Assembly: GCA_003144275.1 (NCBI GenBank)
Contig: NJBF01000004.1
Span: 60,001-92,000 of the forward strand
Reading direction: 5' to 3'
DNA length: 32,000 bases
Source of the DNA: Candidatus Heimdallarchaeota archaeon B3_Heim
GTDB lineage: Archaea; Asgardarchaeota; Heimdallarchaeia; Hodarchaeales; Hodarchaeaceae
Positions within the stretch are counted from its first letter, which is position 1. Every line of letters begins with the position of its first letter. Positions 18,158 through 26,990 of this stretch are shown here, piece after piece. The notes beneath the pieces were generated by a model. That model was not told where the DNA came from and ran no database searches. It worked only from the letters and a program-made list of their open reading frames with translations. The position numbers and the translations under genes are program-made.

Positions 18158-19992
18158 TATGGTACCACCTTTTGGGGCCTGTCTTGTTTGAAGATAGCTG
18201 TTTTTGGACAACTTGAATGACAGATGCCACATGTAACACACACTGCAGTGTCAATGAAATGCACTTGCCCCTTTTCTCCAGTAATAGCACTAACGGGACA
18301 ATTACGAGCGCAAATTGTACACCCATTGCAAAGACTTTCATCAATGACATAATTAATGAGATCTTGACAGTCTTTCGCCAAACAGCGCTTTTCAAAAATA
18401 TGAGATTGATACTCATTACGGAAATACTTAAGAGTCGTTAATACTGGATTTGGGGCAGTTTGGCCTAAAGCACATAAAGAACCCATCTTAACAGTATAAG
18501 CAAGTTCCTCCAAAAGCATAAGATCCTTGTCTTCCCCTTTTCCAGTAATAATTCGCTCCAAAATTAATAGCATGGCTCTGGTTCCAATCCTGCATGGAAT
18601 ACACTTACCACATGATTCAGCTTGAGTGAAAGTCAAAAAATAATGAGCAAGTTTGACCATACAGTTAGTTTCATCAAGTACTATCATTCCCCCTGAGCCC
18701 ATAATACTTCCCGAAGCTGCCATGGTTTCATAATCAACTGGTGAATCCAAATGACTTGGGGGTAAACATCCCCCAGAAGGGCCACCAGTTTGAACAGCTT
18801 TGAATTCTCTATCATCAAGAATTCCACCCCCAATTTCGTATACAATCTCCCTCAAAGGAGTTCCCATGGGAACTTCAATCAAACCTAGATTTTTAACTTT
18901 CCCAGTTAAAGAAAAGATAGCCGTTCCAGTAGCATTCTCAACACCTATTCCATGGAACTTTTCCCACCCATTTTTAAAGATCCACGATGCTGATGCCCAT
19001 GTTTTAACATTGTTAATATTTGTAGGTTTACCCCAAAGTCCAGAAGTGGCAGGAAAGGGCGGCCTAGTACGAGGATTCCCACGATGTCCTTCTATAGAAG
19101 CCATTAATGCGGTTTCTTCCCCACAAACAAACGCTCCAGCACCTTCATGAACCGATATATCAAGAGAAAGACTAGAATTTAGAATATTGTCACCTAGAAA
19201 CCCTCTTTCCTTTGCTGTGACAAGAGCACGGCTAAAACGCTTGATTGCAAGAGGATACTCGGCTCGACAATATATAATTCCATGGGAGGCACCAATAGCA
19301 TATGCACCGATAATCATACCTTCTAATACACTATGGGGATCAGCCTCAAGTAAGGAGCGATCCATAAACGCCCCAGGATCTCCCTCATCAGCATTACAAA
19401 TGATATATTTTTCACTACCAGGAGCATCATGACAAAATTGCCATTTCAGACCTGTAGAAAAACCTGCTCCTCCTCGTCCTCTTAACCCTGAATCTGTGAT
19501 TATCTGAATTATTTCTTCTGGTTTTTTTTCTAGGGCACTCCTTAATCCTGAATATCCCCCAGTATTCATATAAGCATCAATTTCTTCTGGATTAATATGG
19601 CCACAATTACCCAAGATCATTCTAGTTTGTTTACTGTAAAAATCGATATTTTTATAATTTCCAATGCGTTTATTTAGTTTAGGATCCATGAAAAAGAGAT
19701 CTTCGACAAGAACATCGTTTTTAAGATGCGATTCAACAATTTGTTTGACATTAGGAGATTTAACCTGAGCGTACATAACACCTTCTGGCTCAATGATAAC
19801 AATTGGCCCTTGTGCACAAAATCCATGGCAGCCTGTGAAATCTACCTTTATTTTTTCCTGCAAATTGAAGTTTTTAAGCTGTTCTTCAAATTCCTCACTA
19901 ATTTCATCCGATTTAGATGATACACACCCGGTTCCCTTGCAAATTAGAACAGTCTTCTGATAATATTTTTGTAATGATTCCACCTGTGTCAT
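18157..19992 (-). CDS. NuoF/HydB (BfuB)-like FMN/NADH-binding subunit
   Basis: N-terminal thioredoxin-like [2Fe-2S] domain (ICKGTGC...GCHGFCAQGP), SGLRGRGGAGF, CNADEGDPGAFMDR, FVCGEETAL, GGPSGG, ESCGKCIPCRIG, H..EKRC...C, and C-terminal 2x[4Fe-4S] CNGCTICARNCP / CVTCGICHSSCP. Confidence 0.95.
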   Translation of the reverse strand: MTQVESLQKYYQKTVLICKGTGCVSSKSDEISEEFEEQLKNFNLQEKIKVDFTGCHGFCAQGPIVIIEPEGVMYAQVKSPNVKQIVESHLKNDVLVEDLFFMDPKLNKRIGNYKNIDFYSKQTRMILGNCGHINPEEIDAYMNTGGYSGLRSALEKKPEEIIQIITDSGLRGRGGAGFSTGLKWQFCHDAPGSEKYIICNADEGDPGAFMDRSLLEADPHSVLEGMIIGAYAIGASHGIIYCRAEYPLAIKRFSRALVTAKERGFLGDNILNSSLSLDISVHEGAGAFVCGEETALMASIEGHRGNPRTRPPFPATSGLWGKPTNINNVKTWASASWIFKNGWEKFHGIGVENATGTAIFSLTGKVKNLGLIEVPMGTPLREIVYEIGGGILDDREFKAVQTGGPSGGCLPPSHLDSPVDYETMAASGSIMGSGGMIVLDETNCMVKLAHYFLTFTQAESCGKCIPCRIGTRAMLLILERIITGKGEDKDLMLLEELAYTVKMGSLCALGQTAPNPVLTTLKYFRNEYQSHIFEKRCLAKDCQDLINYVIDESLCNGCTICARNCPVSAITGEKGQVHFIDTAVCVTCGICHSSCPKTAIFKQDRPQKVVP

Positions 19993-20486
19993 TCTGGTTC
20001 CTCCTTCGATTTTTCCTTCTTAATCATCCGATTGATAAGTTGGAGTAACTTTGAAGGCTTTACCTGACCGTAGATTTCGTTATCTATTTGTACAACAGGA
20101 GATAGTGCACAACACCCTAAACACGCAACACGTTCAAAACTAAATAGACCATCTTCAGTTGTTTCACCAGGTTCTATTCCTAACTTTGTCCTCACTGCTT
20201 CTGCAAGAATATTTCCACCTTTTACGAAGCAGGCAGTACCAAGACATACCGAGATAATATGTTTTCCCGGTTTAATAAATTTAAACTGCTGATAAAAAGA
20301 AGCGACCCCATAAACTTCATTTGGTGATAATTCAAGATGTTCACTAATCTTTATCAGATTTTCCTTGGATAAATATCCATATTCTTTCTGTACATCCTGT
20401 AATATTGGAATCAGGTGTTCTTGCTTCTTCCCCCTCAAATTTAAGATCTCGTGAATTGTCGAATCTATAGCCTCTGCTGCAACCAC
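19989..20486 (-). CDS. NuoE/HydC (BfuC)-like [2Fe-2S] subunit
   Basis: LIPILQDVQ..YGYL, YGVASFY, VCLGTACFVKG, ACLGCCALSP. GTG start with GGAG SD; ATGA overlap with the NuoF-like gene. Confidence 0.95.
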   Translation of the reverse strand: MVAAEAIDSTIHEILNLRGKKQEHLIPILQDVQKEYGYLSKENLIKISEHLELSPNEVYGVASFYQQFKFIKPGKHIISVCLGTACFVKGGNILAEAVRTKLGIEPGETTEDGLFSFERVACLGCCALSPVVQIDNEIYGQVKPSKLLQLINRMIKKEKSKEEPE

Positions 20487-20496
20487 TTATGAGCGT

Positions 20497-20564
20497 CTCC
20501 AATATCGTTTTTTTGATGTTAATAACCACTGATAATATATTTATTCCGTAGTTTTTATAATAAA
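20497..20564 (-). promoter_or_regulatory. candidate promoter/RBS region of the nuoEFG-like/nfnAB operon
   Basis: On the minus strand, TTTATTATAAAAA (20552-20564) and AAATATAT boxes lie upstream of the GTG start, with a GGAG SD at 20497-20500 and a GTT-N3-AAC palindrome at 20518-20526. Confidence 0.35.
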
Positions 20565-20701
20565 TCGTGTGTAATCTCTCTGAAAGCAACGGGAACCAAT
20601 GTTGTGCGTGACGTATAAATAATTTATTCTGATCTGACCAAGAAAACAATAGTAAATTAATGAAGACTGAAAATTCTCATTCTATCAACTTAATCAGTTG
20701 A

Positions 20702-21613
20702 TTATTCCTCACTACTCATCTCAATCAGTAATTCTGCGAAAATTTCCATTTCTTTTAATAATTCTTGAATTGATTCTGCTGGATCAGCTGGTCCCTGCTC
20801 ATCCATCATCATAAGAACGGTTAACACATAACTAAAAATATGAACTTTCAACTTCTTTACATCTGAGCTAGCTGAGAAAAATGCGGATTCAGATGTCAAA
20901 AAATTCTCACGCAGAACATTGCATGCGAAAATATATTCACGAAGGTCTTCACGAAGCTGAATACCAGTAGCAAATCCTTCGATATTATGTGTAATGACAT
21001 TCCCATTAACATCGGTAATTATAATCTTGGAATTCAATTTCGATAAGTATTCTTGTGCACTTTCAACGCTTTTCTTCAATTCTTCAAAATCTGCGATCAA
21101 AAGTTGCTTTATAAAATCACTGAGTTCTTCTTGTCTATAAACAGAGGTTAAAAATTCACGGGGAGAATATTTAACTATAAATGGAAGCTGTTTGGCTTTT
21201 TTGAGATTTTTTTCAAGAGTAGCTTCTACATAATCTTCTGTATCATATTTATGATAGAAGATTTTCACACGAGGATCTCCGTCTTCTTCTTTAATTGCCG
21301 AATAAACATTATCAAAGTACTCGTTTGCCAAGTCAAAATTCTCAGGGTTATGAAGATCAAGAACAAAAATCAAAATTGATGTATTTGCTAATAACTTTGG
21401 TGTTTCTAAATAGCTTTCACGATATTTTTCTTGGCCTCCAAAATCCCATAATGAAACCTGAATCCCAAGATAATTATGGCTTTTGACCTCATACATAACC
21501 GTAGGCCCAAGATCTTTGACCTCTAGAGGAGTCATTCCTCCGAAAGTTGTCGAGTAGATAGATGTTTTTCCGCAACCACTAAGACCAACTAGTGAGATTT
21601 TCATACTTCTCAT
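20702..21613 (-). CDS. Rag/Gtr-like small GTPase with C-terminal roadblock/longin-like domain
   Basis: G1 GLSGCGKT, G2 GPTV, G3 WDFGGQ, G4 HKYD, G5 TSVY. About 125-aa C-terminal alpha/beta domain (…KIIITDVNGNVITH…). Confidence 0.8.
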   Translation of the reverse strand: MRSMKISLVGLSGCGKTSIYSTTFGGMTPLEVKDLGPTVMYEVKSHNYLGIQVSLWDFGGQEKYRESYLETPKLLANTSILIFVLDLHNPENFDLANEYFDNVYSAIKEEDGDPRVKIFYHKYDTEDYVEATLEKNLKKAKQLPFIVKYSPREFLTSVYRQEELSDFIKQLLIADFEELKKSVESAQEYLSKLNSKIIITDVNGNVITHNIEGFATGIQLREDLREYIFACNVLRENFLTSESAFFSASSDVKKLKVHIFSYVLTVLMMMDEQGPADPAESIQELLKEMEIFAELLIEMSSEE

Positions 21614-21867
21614 AACCTCAATTTGTAGAATACATTAGAATGAATCATTATTTCCGTGATGAGTAGGAAAGACTAATTCGTACTCGAAACAGAAACCAAT
21701 ATCAGATAAATTTTAAATATTCCTTATTTATCACAATCTAACTCCAAAGGTTTAGTGTAATGTAACGTTATTAAAGAGGAAATTCATGGAAAATAATAAC
21801 GGAAAGCTTCATTTATTCAGCCAAGATATCAAGTGGATTACCGTAGAGGATTAAAGGAACAACTGAA

Positions 21868-23328
21868 ATGCTACGCCGATCTTTATCAAAGTATACTAAA
21901 GATACATTGCTTTTTTTTGGACAACCTATAACTTTTTTCTTACGAGAACAGATTAGATTACTTCTTCTTGCAGTAGCAGTGACTGAAGCCGCTTTTTCAT
22001 CCTCAGTGATCTGTTTACCACTTTATTTCTTTGAGCTTCCTGAGAGAAGTGGAGGGTTTTTAGCAAGTGAGTTAGAACTACCCATAATTCTAACAGTTTA
22101 TTATTTAGTTTCTTTATCTACAGCCTCATTTTTCGGTTCAATTAGTGATCGTATAGGCAGAAAACCCTTACTTGTAACTGGTACATTTCTTGCAGCTTTG
22201 ACCTTCATTCCTTTTCCAATTTTATTTGCAGGATATGCAACATCTGCCACTGCATTTTGGATTTTACTTGGTGCAAGTGCATTTAAAGGTTTAGCATCAG
22301 CAATGCTATCAGGTCCTGTGTTATCTATGTTTGCAGATCTTGCACCTGAAAGAAGTCATGGAGAAACAATGGGAAAATTCTACTTAGCTCGTTCAGGAGG
22401 AGGAGCAAGTGGTTTTCTCATAGGTGGTCTTACATGGGATTTATTCAAAGAATCTTCTTTCTTTGTGTTTACAGTTATACTGTTACTCGCAACTTCATTA
22501 TATTTATTCCGGTTTTATGAGCCTAAAAGTGTGAAAATTGAATTAGATGATGTAAATGGAGACGATGTTTTAAAATTTGAGGATCTTTCCGAATCCGAAG
22601 ATCCTGGAATGAATCCATTCAAGGCAATGCTTCAGAGTCTAAAAAATAAACAATTCAGAAAGTTTGCTTTTGCATGGCTAGCGTATACTACATTAGTAGG
22701 AGCTGGAGGGACTTATGCTCCAGTAATACTAAAAGAAGTGACTGCTGGTGGAGTGGATGCCACTACAATCGGATTTGTTGCGTTAGTGGGTGTGGGAATC
22801 ATGGGAATACTCCAACCAACCTTGGGAAAACTTTCTGATAATTTTGGTCGAAAACCTTTCCTCATCATTGGGTGTGTGGGAACAAGTTTGCTTTTAGTAA
22901 TTTTTGCTGCAATTCTCCGTCTCGAACCAGAAGGTTTCATAAATTTACTAAATAACCCATTTGCCATCGGAATATCCAAACCATTAGAATTCGCTCCAGG
23001 TATCGTTCTGCCAATTCCTCACTTGATGATAATACTTCTAATCCTTATCTGTCTTATATGTGCATCAGGATTCGGATCTTCTTCGTTGGCATTAATAACT
23101 GATGTTACAAAAGAAGGTAATCGTGGAAGAGAAATGGGATTTACTTCTGCACTAATGTCAACTGGTTCAATTTTAGGAACTGTCGTTGGAGGAACCCTTT
23201 TCGAGTACTACGGTTCTCTTGGAGTTATGACGTTTTGTTTGGGATTGAGCCTGATTGCCGTTGTAATTATTGTCCAATTTCTATATGAGACCAGTGGATT
23301 TTACCATTTCACCCATAAACTAATGTAA
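21868..23328 (+). CDS. major facilitator superfamily transporter
   Basis: About 12 hydrophobic segments and two motif-A copies, GSISDRIGRKP and GKLSDNFGRKP. Confidence 0.93.
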   Translation: MLRRSLSKYTKDTLLFFGQPITFFLREQIRLLLLAVAVTEAAFSSSVICLPLYFFELPERSGGFLASELELPIILTVYYLVSLSTASFFGSISDRIGRKPLLVTGTFLAALTFIPFPILFAGYATSATAFWILLGASAFKGLASAMLSGPVLSMFADLAPERSHGETMGKFYLARSGGGASGFLIGGLTWDLFKESSFFVFTVILLLATSLYLFRFYEPKSVKIELDDVNGDDVLKFEDLSESEDPGMNPFKAMLQSLKNKQFRKFAFAWLAYTTLVGAGGTYAPVILKEVTAGGVDATTIGFVALVGVGIMGILQPTLGKLSDNFGRKPFLIIGCVGTSLLLVIFAAILRLEPEGFINLLNNPFAIGISKPLEFAPGIVLPIPHLMIILLILICLICASGFGSSSLALITDVTKEGNRGREMGFTSALMSTGSILGTVVGGTLFEYYGSLGVMTFCLGLSLIAVVIIVQFLYETSGFYHFTHKLM

Positions 23329-23608
23329 ATACTAAGCTATTTACACAGAACTCAAGAATTCTTTTCTCTTACTCTGAATGCAAGATATCCACCAGGGGAT
23401 GTTTTCATTGGACTAGGAGAGAATTTTTATTCTGATTCATTTTTGGGTTAGCTGGATGTGAGAAAGATGTACCAATGGCAGCTGTCGCTAGTGGAATTCC
23501 ACCAGCATTAATTTTAGGTACAGGAAATTTCTTTAAAAGTAAATCAAAAATCCAACATCCTTTATATCATTATTTTTTTACTTCAAGTGTTAACGGTGAG
23601 AACAGATC

Positions 23609-24742
23609 ATGAATTCAGATGACAATATCCAAAATGATTCAGTAGTGGACGCATTCGGTGGTTCAGTAACAGATTATGACCGATTAATGAATGAATTTGG
23701 AATTAGACCTATTGATGAAGTACTCGGCTTATTGCCAAAGAGTAAACGACATTATTACATGAATAGAAATATTATGTTTGGTCACACCTCATTGGAACCT
23801 GTGATCGAGTCTATCAATAAGAAAAAACCGTTTGCAATCATGACAGGTATCAAACCAAGCTCAGCAGAATATCACATCGGTAACCTAATCACTTGTAATG
23901 AAGTAATCTATTTTCAGAAGCTTGGTGGAAAAGTGTACTTTTGTATCGCTGATATTGAGAGCTATGCTGATGGACGGTTACCTCTTGACCAAGCAGAACA
24001 AAATGCTATTGAAAATGTAGCTGATCTAATCGCGCTAGGATTAAATCTTGACAAAGCGTATGTATATCGTCAATCTCATCAAATGGATGTAATGCGATTG
24101 GGTTATCTTTTATCGTCTCACGCAACGCATAATATGATGAAATCGATCTATGGGGAACACAGATTAGGAGTTTATAATGCTGCGTTTATACAAGTAGCTG
24201 ATATTCTACTACCTCAACTCCATAATGGACCACTCCCTACTGTGACACCCATCGGGGCAGATCAAGCTCCTCATGCACGATTATCACATGATTTTGTTCG
24301 TAAGAAGTTCTTTCAAGATACATACAAGTTTATGTTACCTGGATTCACCTTTCATAAACTCATTCAGGGATTAGACGGCTCTGATAAAATGGCTAAAAGA
24401 AATCCTATGTCAGTACTCACTTTATTCGAATCTAATAAGTCTTTAAAGAAAAAAATCATGAATGCATTTACAGGTGGTCGAACTACTGTAGAAGAGCAAC
24501 GAGAATTAGGAGGGCAGCCTAAAATTTGTCGTATTTTTGATTTGTATCGATACTTCTTTCAATCAGATGAGAAAAAGCTTAAGGAAATTGAAGGATCTTG
24601 TCGAAAAGGGGAATTATTATGTGGAGAGGATAAGAAAAATCTGTTAGGCATAATCCAAGAATTTATGCAGGCTCATGAAAAAAAGCGTCAGGATGCTCTT
24701 CCAAAAGCACGAGAGGTCGTTCTCGAACGTCTCGATGGATAA
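23609..24742 (+). CDS. trpS: tryptophan--tRNA ligase (archaeal/eukaryotic type)
   Basis: MTGIKPS..YHIGN (HIGH), QVADIL.PQ, PIGADQAPH, KMAKR (KMSKS-like), AFTGGR.TVEEQRELGG.P. Confidence 0.95.
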   Translation: MNSDDNIQNDSVVDAFGGSVTDYDRLMNEFGIRPIDEVLGLLPKSKRHYYMNRNIMFGHTSLEPVIESINKKKPFAIMTGIKPSSAEYHIGNLITCNEVIYFQKLGGKVYFCIADIESYADGRLPLDQAEQNAIENVADLIALGLNLDKAYVYRQSHQMDVMRLGYLLSSHATHNMMKSIYGEHRLGVYNAAFIQVADILLPQLHNGPLPTVTPIGADQAPHARLSHDFVRKKFFQDTYKFMLPGFTFHKLIQGLDGSDKMAKRNPMSVLTLFESNKSLKKKIMNAFTGGRTTVEEQRELGGQPKICRIFDLYRYFFQSDEKKLKEIEGSCRKGELLCGEDKKNLLGIIQEFMQAHEKKRQDALPKAREVVLERLDG

Positions 24743-25009
24743 CTCTTAACTGATTATTTTTTAGATTTTCTGAAAAAGTAGGGAACTACAATACTAGTAT
24801 CAGGTAGTTACAGTAATTCATTATATTCTGAGTATGAGAGGCAATAAGAGAATTCAGGAAGTTAATTCCAAAACTTATTTGTTTAGAATAGGAATTCCTT
24901 AAACAAAGAAGTGTTCGTTAAGACGGAAGATTTATTTGGTCATCCTTAAATTTCCAGTCCTAGAACTTATGACTGAATCTTTTTACTTCAATAACCCAAG
25001 GTCTACACA

Positions 25010-26014
25010 ATGAGTCATTATCTTAAGCAACTAAAGACCCAAAGTTCTCGCAAAATAATACTTTTAGGTCTTTCTCAGGCAGGAAAAACCTCCATACGTG
25101 ATGTTGTTTTCGGAGGCAAAGCACCAGAAGAAACTGCCGATTATGCTGCAACGTTGAACTATGAACGTCAAGTTGAGCAAGTTGCTGATGAGCCTATTAC
25201 AGTGATGGATCTTGGAGGACAGGAAGTTTTTTTGAAACGTTTCCTCAGCAGTATGAGTTCATTCATTTTCAGCAATGTGGCAGTCTTGGTTTTTATCTGT
25301 GATATCTCAACATCTGATAACTTCCCCGCTTCGCTAAAAGCATTCGTCGAAGGCACAAATCGGCTAGAAGAAATGTCAGATGTTCAACCAGCAGTCTATA
25401 TTTTATTGCATAAAACCGATTTAATGCCCGATTTAACTCAAAGAGCAGAAAGAATGGAATTTCTTATGGAGATGTTCCAAACTTCGGTTGTTACAAAAAA
25501 TATTACCTTTTTACAAACTTCAATTTATGATAATTCAATTCATGAGGCATTTAAACGAATTACTGCTGAAGCGAGCGAAATTATTCCTGAAGCAGCTGAA
25601 GTCGAAAAAGAAGAAGACTTAGAAGCTATTCAAAGAAGATTACGGATGCGTCCCATTCAGCAAGTGTTACATGCATTAAAATTCATGAATCGCTTGGATG
25701 ATGTCCTTTTACTATCTACAGTGGAATCCGACTTTATTATTAGTGCATCCGACACAGAAATCAATGAAATTCAACAATTCATAACCATTCTTGATAAATC
25801 AAGAGATTTATGGCTAATTCCCAGTTCGAAATCAGAATTAATGAAAATCGGTAACATCATGTTATTCCGAGCTTCTGTTCCTCCTCATTACTTAATTCTT
25901 CTTGTCTCCTCTGACGAAAAATCCATGTTGGAGACAAGAAAATTGTTAGAAATCGAAGAAACTGTTCGTCTTCTGACAAGTCAACTAGAAAACATGCTGA
26001 AAACACCCATCTAG
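25010..26014 (+). CDS. RagA/B-like small GTPase with C-terminal roadblock-like domain
   Basis: G1 GLSQAGKTSIRDVVF, ATL, DLGGQ..FL, IFSNVAVLVFICD, HKTD, FLQTSIYDNSI. Closely colinear with eukaryotic RagA/Gtr1 motifs. Confidence 0.85.
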   Translation: MSHYLKQLKTQSSRKIILLGLSQAGKTSIRDVVFGGKAPEETADYAATLNYERQVEQVADEPITVMDLGGQEVFLKRFLSSMSSFIFSNVAVLVFICDISTSDNFPASLKAFVEGTNRLEEMSDVQPAVYILLHKTDLMPDLTQRAERMEFLMEMFQTSVVTKNITFLQTSIYDNSIHEAFKRITAEASEIIPEAAEVEKEEDLEAIQRRLRMRPIQQVLHALKFMNRLDDVLLLSTVESDFIISASDTEINEIQQFITILDKSRDLWLIPSSKSELMKIGNIMLFRASVPPHYLILLVSSDEKSMLETRKLLEIEETVRLLTSQLENMLKTPI

Positions 26015-26024
26015 AGGTACCGCT

Positions 26025-26969
26025 TTGCAACAAAACCTAATCATACTAGCTGGCTTATCTCACTCTGGGAAAGATTTGTTATTTAGCCAGATATTAAAAT
26101 TAGGGCGCGCAGAGCCAGGACTGAGACTTCGTGAGAATCTTATTTACTACGAGTGGCTCAATAGATCCTTCAAAGGAAATGAGGATTCATATTTTGAAAA
26201 AGCACTGCCAGCATTGAAAGAAAAATTATACTTGAAAATTAATACACTAATCTATGTCCATGATATTTCATATCAAGTGTTGGATGATTTAGCAAACGAT
26301 TTTAAAGAAGTATATTTCGATATCAAAAAAGTAAACAAAGATTTTCAAGTAATTTTGATAGTAAATAGAGGCCATCTTATCCCAAATGAATTAGAACGAA
26401 CAAAAATTCACAAAAAGGTTGAAAATCATCTCCAGCAACTTATTCCTCAAGAAATTACCTCTTATATTGTCTCTTTGAAGGGTACTGATCAGCAAAGGAT
26501 GACAAATCTTGTTTTTACTCAGATAGCAAATAAGGCAGTGGATTTCACTAAAAACCTTAAGAAAAAACGTGATTCAAGTATAAAAATTCCAAATGATAAA
26601 CAGCTCAAGAAAATTAAAAAAATTCTAAAAGAAAAAATGGACGATTACGGATTTTCAGGTGCTTATCTAATAGGTCACAATCAAGATATTCTGATTGCCG
26701 CTGGAAAAAGTGAGGGGTGGGAAACAAAAGTGGGCCCACAAATTATTCGCATGTTAGCACAGTTTCACGTGTTTGATTTAGGCCCACAATTTCAAGCAGA
26801 CATTATTCGAATTGAAGATTTTGTAATGATTGCTAAAAGGATCAATGCGGAGAATAAAATTATCTTAATTGGAAGGGAATCAATTTTTAAGTACGATGAG
26901 GAACCTTATCCTCGAATAGAAGAAAGTTGTCTCGATATCACAACTGATATTCTAGAAATACTAAAATAA
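26025..26969 (+). CDS. degenerate (pseudo-)GTPase domain fused to a roadblock/LC7-like domain
   Basis: LIILAGLSHSGKD (P-loop, lacking the S/T), no DxxG, NTLIYVHD strand, G4-like NRGH, G5-like VSL. C-terminus ILKEKMDDYGFSGAYLIGHNQDILIAAG resembles a roadblock domain. TTG start with GAGGT SD. Confidence 0.6.
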   Translation: MQQNLIILAGLSHSGKDLLFSQILKLGRAEPGLRLRENLIYYEWLNRSFKGNEDSYFEKALPALKEKLYLKINTLIYVHDISYQVLDDLANDFKEVYFDIKKVNKDFQVILIVNRGHLIPNELERTKIHKKVENHLQQLIPQEITSYIVSLKGTDQQRMTNLVFTQIANKAVDFTKNLKKKRDSSIKIPNDKQLKKIKKILKEKMDDYGFSGAYLIGHNQDILIAAGKSEGWETKVGPQIIRMLAQFHVFDLGPQFQADIIRIEDFVMIAKRINAENKIILIGRESIFKYDEEPYPRIEESCLDITTDILEILK

Positions 26970-26990
26970 TACGAAGAATTGAGTTACTAG

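Noticed and set aside
18158-18241. N-terminal extension MCYMWHLSF... of the NuoG-like ORF
   Set aside because: It lies inside the NuoF-like gene on the same strand. The ATG at 18157 has an SD and a TAATG coupling, and matches the family N-terminus.
16547-20486. Calling the trio respiratory complex I, formate dehydrogenase or [FeFe]-hydrogenase
   Set aside because: There are no membrane Nuo subunits, no Mo/W catalytic Cys/Sec region and no H-cluster motifs.
23436-23621. Open stretch FIFGLAGCEKDVPMAAVASGIPPALILGTG... and hairpin GCTAGTGG-AATT-CCACCAGC (23487-23506) between the MFS gene and trpS
   Set aside because: Could be a gene remnant or small RNA element, but it is short, has no SD and matches no family I recognise.
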